DNA from: Spirochaetia bacterium
GTDB taxonomy: Bacteria; Spirochaetota; Spirochaetia; UBA9216
Assembly: GCA_963677925.2 (NCBI GenBank)
Contig: CAXXYH010000003.1
Coordinates: 576,001-640,000, forward strand
Reading direction: 5' to 3'
Length of the DNA stretch: 64,000 nucleotides
How positions within the stretch are numbered: the first letter of the stretch is position 1; each line of letters starts with the position of its first letter. Position numbers and translations under genes: made by a program. This document shows, in pieces, positions 38,625-48,498 of the stretch. The notes below the pieces were generated by a model that made no database searches, was not told where the DNA came from, and saw only the letters and a list, made by a program, of their open reading frames with translations.

Positions 38625-40330
38625 TATTTTACTGTGAACCTTTTAATCTTTTTTGTTGAAGACATCTCCATAGCCTCATCAAGAACCGTAATTCTGGCTA
38701 TTCTTTTATAGGGAAGAAGTGTCCGGTTTACTTCTGCAATGATCTCATTAAAGCGGACTTTCATCTCTTCAGCAGTTTTGTCTTTTGAATAGGTTTCGGA
38801 TGGATAAATATAAGCTTCAATCCCTTCGGTTTTCATCTTTTCATCAAGAATGTATCCCTTTACCATTATCTGTTCAATTTCATCATAGAGCTGGAACTCG
38901 TCCTCTATCTCTTCCGGGTATACATTTTTTCCGCCCTCAGTGACAATCATGTTCTTCTTTCGGCCTGTTAGATAAACATATCTATCATCATCAATATAAC
39001 CAACGTCACCGGTGAGCAGCCATCCGTCTTCAGTAAAAGCGGCCTTTGTAGCTTCCTCATTTTTAAAATATCCCTTCATGATATTGGGACCGGAAGCAAT
39101 AAGTTCACCGTTACCGTCTTCATCGGGGTCAATAACTTTCATCTCGACAAGGGGAATAATTTTCCCTATTGAGCTTTCACGATAGGCATATATCGGATTG
39201 AGGGTCAGTCCAGGCGCAGCTTCGGTCAGACCATATCCGACAACAAAATCAATTCCGAACTGATTAAAATATTTAAATGTTGAATCAGGGAGAGGACCTC
39301 CTCCGCATATGCAGATACGGTTGGTATCAAGTGAAACTTTTGAAAGTATCCCCTTAAAAAGTTTCTTGCCTATATTCACATTAAAAAGTTTTTTTACAAG
39401 TCCGCTGAACCCCATCAGAACTCTGATCACCGCATATACGACAATACCCTTCTCCCGTATCCCGTTCATAAGACCTTTAATTATCTTGTTATACAGCATC
39501 GGGATGCCGAGAAACATTGTTACACGGGCTTTTTTAAGATCCTTAAAAATCTGCTGGACAACTATCTTTTTGGCAAAAACAAGTTCTGCGCCTACAGAGA
39601 TCGCTTCAATAAATACTGCAAGCATGGTATATGAGTGATGAATCGGCAGCAGGGCATAAAAAACATCCGTATGGTAGATATTCATATTACCCTGAAACAT
39701 AAAGCAGTCGGAAACGAAATTTTTATGAGTAAGCATTGCACCCTTGGGATCACCTGTTGTTCCCGATGTAAACAGGATAGCCGCAATATCATCTTCACCG
39801 GCTTTCTCATGCTCAATTTTTTCAGAAAAATTGATATCCAGCACATAATTGTCTTTTTTAGGCGAAAGTGAAATTTTGACGAGTTTTCCTGACGGCGTTT
39901 TAGGCGTCAAACTGTCATATTTTTCTTCATCTGCAAAAATTACATTCACGTCTGCAAATTCAAGCAGACCTGAAACTTCATCGGTCTTTAATGCATAGTC
40001 AACCGGAACTACAGCAGCTCCGGTGCTTAAAATCGCCAGATAGGAGATTGCCCACTCGGGCGAATTTTTACCTGTCAGTCCTACTCTATCACCTTTTTTA
40101 ACACCGAGACTAAGCAGATAGTTACAGATGGTATCCACTTTTTCGGCGGCCTGGCTGTAGGTAAATACCATCTCAGCTGGATCGTAACAGGTGAAACACC
40201 TGCGATCAGGATAGCGCTCTACTGAAACAGCAAAAAGTTCCGGCAGGGTCGGAAACTCTCCGGTATAAAGTTTACCTTTCCACGGCAGAAGATTTTCCCA
40301 GGGTCTGGGGTTATCTTTTGTTCTGGCCAT
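38624..40330 (-). CDS. Long-chain fatty acid--CoA ligase (AMP-binding enzyme)
   Basis: FTSGTTG.PKG, GYGLTE, GW..TGD.G, GRKKN.IV...GKNVYPEEIE. Confidence 0.92.
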   Translation of the reverse strand: MARTKDNPRPWENLLPWKGKLYTGEFPTLPELFAVSVERYPDRRCFTCYDPAEMVFTYSQAAEKVDTICNYLLSLGVKKGDRVGLTGKNSPEWAISYLAILSTGAAVVPVDYALKTDEVSGLLEFADVNVIFADEEKYDSLTPKTPSGKLVKISLSPKKDNYVLDINFSEKIEHEKAGEDDIAAILFTSGTTGDPKGAMLTHKNFVSDCFMFQGNMNIYHTDVFYALLPIHHSYTMLAVFIEAISVGAELVFAKKIVVQQIFKDLKKARVTMFLGIPMLYNKIIKGLMNGIREKGIVVYAVIRVLMGFSGLVKKLFNVNIGKKLFKGILSKVSLDTNRICICGGGPLPDSTFKYFNQFGIDFVVGYGLTEAAPGLTLNPIYAYRESSIGKIIPLVEMKVIDPDEDGNGELIASGPNIMKGYFKNEEATKAAFTEDGWLLTGDVGYIDDDRYVYLTGRKKNMIVTEGGKNVYPEEIEDEFQLYDEIEQIMVKGYILDEKMKTEGIEAYIYPSETYSKDKTAEEMKVRFNEIIAEVNRTLLPYKRIARITVLDEAMEMSSTKKIKRFTVK

Positions 40331-40413
40331 ACAACACCTCTCATTAAATCATTTTGAACAACATAGTATATCATTTATCAGAGGTTTTAAAAATTATTTC
40401 CCGAAGGATATTT

Positions 40414-41742
40414 TCATTCCATTACTGAAAATGCAAAATAATCCTGCAGCTTATTATCGGCTCTGCTGTGAATGAGCATTTTATTAAATCCGCCATTTTG
40501 AGCATAAGTATCAAGATCCTTAAGCATAATATCCGTGCCGGTAAAAATCCCCAGAAGAATTCCTTCAATATCATCCTGGGGAATATTAACTGTAAAGATT
40601 TCAGAGGTACTCATATCAGCTGTATTGATACTGAGAAAGACCGTCTGAGAGTCTCGGATATCTACCTGCATCCATCCGCCGTAAGGAGTATATTGAGCCC
40701 TTGTTTCAAGCTTCGAGGAACTTCCACCGCTGTAAAGATAATTCTCTGTCGAAGCAGCAAGACTGTTTGTTCCGCTATCATACTCAAGAACACTTCTGGT
40801 GTAGGAAAATTCTCCGGTATTTTTTTTATAATCGATAAGCCGAAGCCTGCCTTCAGCATCCGGACCGATAAGACTTGATTTGGTATCAGTATTAAGGTCA
40901 ATACGCCATATATTAGATACACTTCCGCTGTATTCGGCAGAAAGTATTACAAGCCCGTCTTCAGAGAGAACCGGAGCCTCCCGCCCGGTCTGCTCGGAAT
41001 CGGCGTATGTATCAGTGGTTTTTGTGCTGATATTAAAAACAGTGTAATCCGCTGTATCATCAGAATAGATATTCCGAAACAGGATATATCCGCTGCTTAA
41101 GTATAGCCAGTAGTCGAAGTTCGCTGAAGTATCTGCCTTCATTGATTCAATAATGATTACCGAAGTATCCTGTAAATCGGAAACAGACAAAGCCCGGAGC
41201 GTGCCGTCTGAAAGATAGTAGATAACTCCGTCTGCGTACCCCTGTATTTCATCCAGGTCAGCATCAACATCACTAATCAAAGCTGGCAGCCCTGAGCTGA
41301 ATAAAATTAATTTCAGTATGCGGCTGCCGTCATTGTCAATACATTCTGCAAGTAATTCATCATTTAAGGAATCTGCATATACTCCCTTATAGTGCGGCAT
41401 TTTTATATATGGATACAGACAGCTGCCGTTTTCATTGTTTATAACTATAGTTTCCCCATCCGGCAAATCGGCTGAATCGTAGCCGTCATAAAGATCCCAT
41501 TTAACAAACTCGACCCCGGCAGAGGAATTAGCAGCAAACTGATACTCCACTGCGCCGGCACCGGTAATATGATAGTATTCACCCGCTTCCACTGTATCTG
41601 TAATATCATTGCCATCCGCTGTAATTGTCCCGAATTCAGCTCTGCTTACCAGAAGAGTCTGCTCATAGTATGTATCTAAAATACACGTGAACATCAGCAA
41701 AGCAGAAATAATAGCTGCTGCAATTTTCACTTTTTTTATCAT
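40414..41742 (-). CDS. Acidic hypothetical lipoprotein
   Basis: Start moved to ATG 41742 (GGAG upstream). MIKKVKIAAAIISALLMFT-C lipobox. D/Y/S-rich, with beta-propeller-like strands. Confidence 0.65.
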   Translation of the reverse strand: MIKKVKIAAAIISALLMFTCILDTYYEQTLLVSRAEFGTITADGNDITDTVEAGEYYHITGAGAVEYQFAANSSAGVEFVKWDLYDGYDSADLPDGETIVINNENGSCLYPYIKMPHYKGVYADSLNDELLAECIDNDGSRILKLILFSSGLPALISDVDADLDEIQGYADGVIYYLSDGTLRALSVSDLQDTSVIIIESMKADTSANFDYWLYLSSGYILFRNIYSDDTADYTVFNISTKTTDTYADSEQTGREAPVLSEDGLVILSAEYSGSVSNIWRIDLNTDTKSSLIGPDAEGRLRLIDYKKNTGEFSYTRSVLEYDSGTNSLAASTENYLYSGGSSSKLETRAQYTPYGGWMQVDIRDSQTVFLSINTADMSTSEIFTVNIPQDDIEGILLGIFTGTDIMLKDLDTYAQNGGFNKMLIHSRADNKLQDYFAFSVME

Positions 41743-41755
41743 CTCTTTCTCTCCG

Positions 41756-42928
41756 TCAATGCATTGCCTGAAATGCAGTAATCCCGGTTTGATCCTGAAT
41801 AACAAGCAGATCTCCATAAGCGATTGTATTCACTTCATATCCGGAATTAAAAAAAGAAGAATCCTTTCCCATAACATATCCGGTTGCTGCCTCAATAAAT
41901 AGAATTTCATTCGATGTAATCAGGTAATCAACACCGTTTATTTCTGCCGGCGGAATGCTTAAGTCGGAAACGTAATCACTGGACGAATATTCAAAGCTCC
42001 ATTTAACGTCCTTATAGTATGAATCTATCTTATATAATGTATTTCCGCTTACTGCATTCAGCCAGTAGTCATCTGATGTATTCGAGCAGATACCGTACTC
42101 ACTGCGGGTAAAAAGCTCATCAGAGCTTGCCATAAGCAGGTCCAGTGCATAGTTATCGTAAAAGGCTGAATAATTTATATACTTTATTTCTGAATCAAAA
42201 TTCACGGGTATGTAGCAGTCAAGCCACTTAACAGTCAGCGAAGCACTGTCGGTATTGGGAAAGGATATCAGACTGGTCTTTGCACCTTCAGATGGTTCTG
42301 CAGTGTATTCATTTGCAAGAATATAAACGGTACCGGCTATGACTGCAGGCTCGGAATAGTCAGCCATGCCATATTCAGTGTCAATAACAGTTTTAATTTC
42401 AGCAGTGTAAGATGAGCCGGAGAGAAGTTCAACCGATTCAAGATCCAGCCTTATCAGAGCCTCTTCAGTACCGCCGGTTTTCCAGTAGAGGAAGCCGCCA
42501 ACTTCCCTAAAATTATAATTGCAGTAACTGTACTGCTCATCAACTTCAATTCTGCCGGTAAAATTTCCGGAAAGATCGGTAATCACGATGTACCAGAGAT
42601 CCGAAACCGGCATTGAAAGATAAATGCTGCCGTCATAAACAGCCATTGCGCTGCAGTCTTCAAGCTTTAATGTATTAATAATTTCATAATCTTCAAGGTT
42701 AATTGCATAAAGACAGTTATCGTAGTTATTGTAAAAAAAGAGACAGTTATCCTGCTGAATAATCAGGTTTCCGTAGGATGCGGCATCAATTTCTATTTTC
42801 CATTTCTGCTCCAAAGGAAACTCCGGAGCATTATCAGCATTCAGCCATGGGAAGCCTGCGATTATACAGGACTGGAATATAGAAACAAATAATAGAATAA
42901 TCAGAAATGGAACCGTACTTTTTTTCAA
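41756..42928 (-). CDS. Acidic lipoprotein, PQQ-like beta-propeller
   Basis: TTG start after GGAG; IFQS-C lipobox; KW.IE, LYAINL, VKWSF, FIEAATG blade-like motifs. Confidence 0.65.
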   Translation of the reverse strand: MKKSTVPFLIILLFVSIFQSCIIAGFPWLNADNAPEFPLEQKWKIEIDAASYGNLIIQQDNCLFFYNNYDNCLYAINLEDYEIINTLKLEDCSAMAVYDGSIYLSMPVSDLWYIVITDLSGNFTGRIEVDEQYSYCNYNFREVGGFLYWKTGGTEEALIRLDLESVELLSGSSYTAEIKTVIDTEYGMADYSEPAVIAGTVYILANEYTAEPSEGAKTSLISFPNTDSASLTVKWLDCYIPVNFDSEIKYINYSAFYDNYALDLLMASSDELFTRSEYGICSNTSDDYWLNAVSGNTLYKIDSYYKDVKWSFEYSSSDYVSDLSIPPAEINGVDYLITSNEILFIEAATGYVMGKDSSFFNSGYEVNTIAYGDLLVIQDQTGITAFQAMH

Positions 42929-43015
42929 TAATGTCTCCGGTCATAAATACTTTTTTATATTAAAAATATAGCATCACAACCGGAGATTTTCCATAAAAAT
43001 GGACTGACTGAAAAA

Positions 43016-43645
43016 TTATAGAAAGGGGTTGGACCTCTTTTCACGGCCTATTCTTGTTGAATTGCCATGCCCCGGGTATACCTTTGTATCTTCCGGCAGG
43101 AACAGAAGCTTCTCTCTGATTGAGCTGAAAAGCTTTTCACCGTCGGAGGTTGGAAAGTCGTATCGGCCAACCGAGCCTTCAAAGAGTGTATCCCCCGAGA
43201 ACATCAGTCTTTCATCCTCGCAGTAAAGACAGATCCCCCCCGGACTGTGACCGGGAGTATGAATAACTTTGAAGGTACTGCCGCCGATTTCAAGCTTCTG
43301 ATCATCGGAAAGGATAAGCTCTGCTACAGGGGCAGTTATATTCATCCCCATCTGGGAGGACATGTTCAGTGACGCATCAGACAGAAATGCGGCTTCCTGG
43401 GAATGGATAGCCGATTTAATTCCAGGAAATGCTTTTACTACAGCCTCGCCGCCTGCAATATGATCAAGATGCGCGTGTGTATATATAAGCAGTTCAGGCT
43501 TCAAATCCTTAGCCTTTAAAGCCTCTATCATTGGTTCAGGCTCAAAACCGGCATCGATGATCCAGCAGTTTTTCTGACCTTCAGGATAAACTACGTATGA
43601 ATTAACCATCCATGCGCCCAGTGTAAATTGTTCAACTTTGATCAT
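43016..43645 (-). CDS. MBL-fold hydrolase, glyoxalase II-like (YcbL/GloC family)
   Basis: THAHLDH, HTPGHSPG, FSGDTLF..SVGR.D, YPGHG. Confidence 0.93.
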   Translation of the reverse strand: MIKVEQFTLGAWMVNSYVVYPEGQKNCWIIDAGFEPEPMIEALKAKDLKPELLIYTHAHLDHIAGGEAVVKAFPGIKSAIHSQEAAFLSDASLNMSSQMGMNITAPVAELILSDDQKLEIGGSTFKVIHTPGHSPGGICLYCEDERLMFSGDTLFEGSVGRYDFPTSDGEKLFSSIREKLLFLPEDTKVYPGHGNSTRIGREKRSNPFL

Positions 43646-43660
43646 TTTTCAGGTACTCCT

Positions 43661-44041
43661 TTAATCAAGCAGTTTTCTTGAGACTGCAACGCTCATTACG
43701 TTCATCAGAATATCATCGGACATATCAAGCGCATAGTCATTTACACCTTCACTGATATATTTGAGATCTTCATCGGCAATCAGTCCAGATTTTTCATCAT
43801 ATTCGCCCTCAAACAGATCCACCACTGCGGCAAGCAGGGTTAACAGACTGTCGGCTTTGGAACGGTCTTCAGATGCTGTATTAACTGATTCACCGAAACG
43901 GTTATAAATATCCCAGCACAGGTCTGCAGGGATATTATCCAGAAAACTGAACAGAATTGCTCTTAGTTTTTCCGGCTCAAGCCTGCCCTCTTTTTTTATT
44001 CCTCTTTCCGCCTGTCTTATAAAATCATCTGAATATGCCAT
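43661..44041 (-). CDS. Hypothetical acidic helical protein
   Basis: 126-aa ORF tightly packed in an operon with its neighbours. Confidence 0.65.
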   Translation of the reverse strand: MAYSDDFIRQAERGIKKEGRLEPEKLRAILFSFLDNIPADLCWDIYNRFGESVNTASEDRSKADSLLTLLAAVVDLFEGEYDEKSGLIADEDLKYISEGVNDYALDMSDDILMNVMSVAVSRKLLD

Positions 44042-44058
44042 CTGCGCTTAGATTCCTC

Positions 44059-44742
44059 TCAATAAATAATATCTCTCAGTTCGCTGAGTTTTTTTATAAT
44101 ATAATCCGGTTTTATTCCATCCTGCAGAGGTGCATCATCAGGATTGAACCAGCAGCTGTTAATTCCTGCGTTTATGGCTCCCTGAATATCCGAAGAAAGG
44201 CCGTCGCCAATCATAAGAATACTGTCCGGAGCGGTGATTCCGGCCTTTTCCATAAGGATTCTGAAAATTTCAGGATTGGGTTTTGCAACACCTACTTCAT
44301 CAGAAATGATAAGCGGATTAAATATATTCTTAAGGGGGGAATTAGCCAGTCTTGCTCTCTGAACATCTGAAATACCGTTTGTTACAGAGGCTATTCTGAA
44401 CTTTTCAGCGGTTTCAAAGACTATCTCTTCAGCCCCATCTATCATGAAACCGCCCCTTCCAAGATTTTCAAGGTATACCCGGCTTACAACCGCCGCATCC
44501 CAGTTTAAATTGTGCAGGCTTCCGAATGTTTCAAACCTTTCTATACGCAGCTGTTCTGAAGTAATCTCACCCTTTTCATACCGCTGCCATGTTGCCTCAT
44601 TTACAACACGGTAGGATTCCTTAATTGCCTCAGAACTTTCCAATTCAAAATGACGAAATGTTTCATCAAGTGCGAAATTCTCGGCCATATTATAGTCAAA
44701 AACAGTATTATCCAGATCAAAGATCAGGAGTTTGAATTTCAT
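44059..44742 (-). CDS. YjjG-family HAD pyrimidine nucleotidase
   Basis: FDLDNT, TNG, ISDEVGVAKP, MIGD.LSSDI.GA. Confidence 0.92.
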   Translation of the reverse strand: MKFKLLIFDLDNTVFDYNMAENFALDETFRHFELESSEAIKESYRVVNEATWQRYEKGEITSEQLRIERFETFGSLHNLNWDAAVVSRVYLENLGRGGFMIDGAEEIVFETAEKFRIASVTNGISDVQRARLANSPLKNIFNPLIISDEVGVAKPNPEIFRILMEKAGITAPDSILMIGDGLSSDIQGAINAGINSCWFNPDDAPLQDGIKPDYIIKKLSELRDIIY

Positions 44743-44793
44743 TCCCAGCTCCCCGTTGATTTACAGACTTACTTTAGTATAATATCGCGCTTA

Positions 44794-46065
44794 ATGAAAG
44801 ACCACAAACATGAAGTCGGGAATTTTGTACTTAATACGGCCGGGATCTCTACGGTTGAATTTTTCTGGGGACTCGGGCTGCCTCTTGTTCTTGAATCTAC
44901 ATTTCTTCAGCTCTTTTTAAAAGAACTGGGTGCCAGCAGTTTTCTTATCTCCTTTGTTCCCGGGTTTTTCTTTATAGGTCAGGCATTCTTCGGTCTGGTC
45001 TCAGCCTACAGAACCAGAGCACTGATTAAAAAAAGGCGCTCGGTACTGCTTTATCATCTTTACCCTGCGATTTTCATTTCCGGTTTCGGATTTTTTCTAT
45101 TAGTGACATCCGGATTTTCAAAATATACTCTGCCTGTGTTTTTCATAAGCTACGGAGTTTTCAATTTCGGAATAGGAATGGTCCTTCCTGTCTGGCAGAA
45201 TTACCTGGTTAAACTTTTTTCAGATAAAACGGTCCTCCCGGCACTTTCGGTGATGTTTATTGCTCAGACAGCCGGAAGACTGATAAGCAGTTTCCTGCTG
45301 GCCGGATATTTCACAGATAAAGATGTTACACCTGAATCATCTACAATACTGTTTCTGCTATGCGGTGCTTTATTCTTTTTCGGTTCATTCGGATTTCTGC
45401 TTACAAAAGAACCTGAAACGGAGGGCTCCAACGAAACCGGTGAAGCGGTGGAAACAGGCTTTTTCAAATACATTCTTAACTCTATCAGGATTATTATTAA
45501 AGACCGTAACCTTCTGAAATTCCTTTTCGGGGACCTGGAGCTCTATGCCATTATCACCGTACTGTCATTCTATGCTAATTATGCTGTTCAGTACCATGGC
45601 ATCTCAGCCGCCGCGGCAGCAGGTGTCTTTGTTGGAGTCTATTTCCTTGGACAGATAATCTCGAACGTGTTGCTGGGAAGTTTCAATCTGCTCAGCCTGA
45701 AAAACAAATGCATACTTTCACGTTTTTTCAGTGTACCCGGAATAATAATATTGATCTTCTGCACAAATATTGCGGGATTTCTGGCTGCAAGTCTGTTTCT
45801 TGGATTAGCAAGATCTATCAGGAGTCTTATCTATGCTCCGGCAATCAAAATTATTTCAGGAAAGCCTGATGCGACAAGTCATTTTGCTGCAGCACCTGTG
45901 CTCATGCTTCCGCTCAGTCTTGGAATATCTGTACTAAGCGGTAAGATGCTTGATATTCTTTCATATACAGGAGCTGATTCATACAGGATATTATTCGGTA
46001 TTCTTGCAGGATTGGCGGCTCTAAGCCTCCTCTTTATCATCCGTACTGATTTTAGATCCAGCTGA
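44794..46065 (+). CDS. MFS transporter
   Basis: About 12 TM helices in two halves. Start moved to ATG 44794 (TTGATT-16-TATAAT upstream; avoids overlap with the HAD gene). Confidence 0.85.
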   Translation: MKDHKHEVGNFVLNTAGISTVEFFWGLGLPLVLESTFLQLFLKELGASSFLISFVPGFFFIGQAFFGLVSAYRTRALIKKRRSVLLYHLYPAIFISGFGFFLLVTSGFSKYTLPVFFISYGVFNFGIGMVLPVWQNYLVKLFSDKTVLPALSVMFIAQTAGRLISSFLLAGYFTDKDVTPESSTILFLLCGALFFFGSFGFLLTKEPETEGSNETGEAVETGFFKYILNSIRIIIKDRNLLKFLFGDLELYAIITVLSFYANYAVQYHGISAAAAAGVFVGVYFLGQIISNVLLGSFNLLSLKNKCILSRFFSVPGIIILIFCTNIAGFLAASLFLGLARSIRSLIYAPAIKIISGKPDATSHFAAAPVLMLPLSLGISVLSGKMLDILSYTGADSYRILFGILAGLAALSLLFIIRTDFRSS

Positions 46066-46338
46066 CCATTTATATTTCTGAGTTTTCCAGGCGGAATTTT
46101 TTAAACTTATTAATTCCATAATCGGCGACCTGCTGATTACTCTTACCTGAGGATCTGTATTTTTTAGTTCCGAAGCACAGGCCTTGCACATGGAAGCCAT
46201 ATCCGATTTATCCTTCTTCTCATAGTAGCGGAAGGAATACTCGCCCCATTTGTATTCAATTTTTTCACCGCACTTAATACAGTGCTCTTCATTTTTATCA
46301 GGTCGCCAAGTATTTGATAATACAAGAGTTTTTTTCAT
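46021..46338 (-). CDS. Small hypothetical zinc-finger protein
   Basis: CIKC...CKAC; ATGA coupling to the upstream gene. Confidence 0.55.
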   Translation of the reverse strand: MKKTLVLSNTWRPDKNEEHCIKCGEKIEYKWGEYSFRYYEKKDKSDMASMCKACASELKNTDPQVRVISRSPIMELISLKNSAWKTQKYKWSAGSKISTDDKEEA

Positions 46339-47654
46339 TCTGCAGCATCCTCCTCAAAAGACTTGCGGTATTTTGCAACTTCACGGTTAAGCCGTATCGC
46401 CTCAATAAACACAAATCCTCCGTCAAAGCTTCTTTTAATCATATTTTCAAACTTTCCGGCTACAGCTGGATAATCTGCAAAAACAGGGGCAGGTTCTTTA
46501 TGTGAGTTCAGGATTGTTCCGGCAATATCATACCACTGCTCCGGCAGCCCGGTCTCTTCCGGCTCTGTTGCCAGTACATTTTTCAATGCATCAGCTCTTA
46601 CAGGTAATTTCCCTGTTTGAGAAGAAAGATAAATCTGCTGAGCCTCTTCGGTAAGCCAGTGTATAAAGATCCACGAAGAAAGCTGCTCTCCTGCCTCACC
46701 TTTCATAATCGCCGCGGTCAAGTCGGCATCAAGCACAAAGCTGTTTCCCAGACGTCTTGACGGAACAGGAACCGCCGACCAGCCAAGTTCAGGATTAACA
46801 GATTTCAGCACAGTATCGTAGTATTTTAATGCCTCTATTCCTGCAAGAGAACAGAGCATAGTTCCTGAAATAAATGATGTTTGATTCTCATAAGAAGCAG
46901 CAGGATAGAGTACTGCGTTTCTTTTTATAAGACTTTTAACCAGACTGACAGCACCAATAACGGTTGGATTGTTAAAACTGTATGCAGAGCGATTTGGGCG
47001 AAGGATAGAACCTCCCCTGCCGTTTATCAGCGATACATATGACTGTGCATTAAGTTCTATTCCGAAAGCCGGGAACCCGGTTAATCGGCTGACTTTTTTA
47101 ACAAGCCGGCTGAAGAAAAACCATGTTCCGGGGAATTTTCCATATCCGGATTCTGCCAGAAGATCTTCATTAATAACAAGCACCCCTGCGTCCATTAGTA
47201 TCGGCACAGAACTGATCTTTCTGCTCCAGTCCCAGTAATCGGTCTGTCCCCTGACAACAGCATAAAAAGCCATTCTGCCGAACGGTTCTCCCCAGAGGGG
47301 GTGATAAAAAAAGGGCGAAAGCTCAGAGGTTTTTCCAGCTTTCAGCAGTTTTTCAGATTCAGAGGCTGAAGTCAGAATAATATTTGAATCTTCAGGGGCC
47401 GTATATACCGACCGTTTTTTGAGAATAACACGAATTCCGTATTCATTCTCATTGTTAAACCTTCCGACCAGCACATCTAAAGCATCCAGTTCGCTGGAAT
47501 AAAGATCATGCAGTACGGTTACTGCATCTGTGGAGGGTGATGATTCAGATAAAAAAGAATAATCTGGAAAAATTATTCCCGGGCTGCCGTTACATGAAAA
47601 TATAAACAGCGGGAGAATAAAAAGCAGTATCAGCTTTCTGAAGTAACATCGCAT
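46335..47654 (-). CDS. Extracellular solute-binding lipoprotein (SBP_bac_1/8-like)
   Basis: FIFS-C lipobox; FN..N..GIRV, P.......L.IN.DLL, P.TW, W.FI.WL, TG.LPVR. Confidence 0.85.
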   Translation of the reverse strand: MRCYFRKLILLFILPLFIFSCNGSPGIIFPDYSFLSESSPSTDAVTVLHDLYSSELDALDVLVGRFNNENEYGIRVILKKRSVYTAPEDSNIILTSASESEKLLKAGKTSELSPFFYHPLWGEPFGRMAFYAVVRGQTDYWDWSRKISSVPILMDAGVLVINEDLLAESGYGKFPGTWFFFSRLVKKVSRLTGFPAFGIELNAQSYVSLINGRGGSILRPNRSAYSFNNPTVIGAVSLVKSLIKRNAVLYPAASYENQTSFISGTMLCSLAGIEALKYYDTVLKSVNPELGWSAVPVPSRRLGNSFVLDADLTAAIMKGEAGEQLSSWIFIHWLTEEAQQIYLSSQTGKLPVRADALKNVLATEPEETGLPEQWYDIAGTILNSHKEPAPVFADYPAVAGKFENMIKRSFDGGFVFIEAIRLNREVAKYRKSFEEDAAE

Positions 47655-48091
47655 TCCAGGGCACCCGTAATATCCAGCAGTCCTGCGAAGGAAACAGGAA
47701 CACCTGATGAATCGCTGCCTGCGGCAGGATATACTGTTTCATATTCCGCCAGACTTACATCAATATAGACAGGAATATCTGTTTTACGAAACGGACAAAC
47801 TTCACCCGGTCTGAAACCAAGTATGTCATAAAGCTCCTGGGCATTTGCCATTCTTGTCTTTGTTCCTGTTAAAGTCTTCAGTTTTGCAGTAGAAATCTTC
47901 TTGTCTCCGGCACAGACGACTAAATAAAAGTTGCCGTCCTTGCCTTTGAATAATATTGATTTTGCTATCTGCCCTACTGTTACTTTCAGCATCGATGCAG
48001 CAGTTTCTGCTGTAGGTGTACTTCCTTCCTCGAATTCAATAGCCTTGAGTCCGTTTGCCGAAAGGAATTCTTTTATATCAGCTGGAATCAT
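47630..48091 (-). CDS. YbaK/EbsC family aminoacyl-tRNA deacylase
   Basis: T.TA..AA..L....GQIAKSILF, G...G.VCPF, VYPAAG. Confidence 0.9.
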   Translation of the reverse strand: MIPADIKEFLSANGLKAIEFEEGSTPTAETAASMLKVTVGQIAKSILFKGKDGNFYLVVCAGDKKISTAKLKTLTGTKTRMANAQELYDILGFRPGEVCPFRKTDIPVYIDVSLAEYETVYPAAGSDSSGVPVSFAGLLDITGALECDVTSES

Positions 48092-48196
48092 GGGTCAGAT
48101 TATAAATTAAAAACCCGACAGTTCAAAGCACCTTTTTATTGCGCAAAGCAGATATTCTGTTTATGCTGTAATTATAAATCTTTCAGAGGAGACCTT

Positions 48197-48475
48197 ATGC
48201 CTGAAAAGGGTGATATTTTCGATCTCGGTACTAATGAATATGTAGAATTCCTTGAAAATTTTGACGATCTTCATGATCTGGTTGGACATTATACAAGGGA
48301 TCCGGAAAACGCGCTGAAAGAAGTCAGAATACTCACACTGGTTCCTGTAAATTCTCTGGACGGCGAATACCGTAAAATCGGGCCCAATGAAAGAGAACGG
48401 CTGATGCATGTTTACAGGAATGCTTATCAGAAAAAATCTCCTGAATTCGAACGGCTGACAGGAACAGAGAAATAA
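48197..48475 (+). CDS. Small hypothetical protein
   Basis: 92 aa, SD GAGGAG, acidic N-terminus. Confidence 0.65.
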   Translation: MPEKGDIFDLGTNEYVEFLENFDDLHDLVGHYTRDPENALKEVRILTLVPVNSLDGEYRKIGPNERERLMHVYRNAYQKKSPEFERLTGTEK

Positions 48476-48498
48476 AACTACCCTAAATTCAGAAGATT

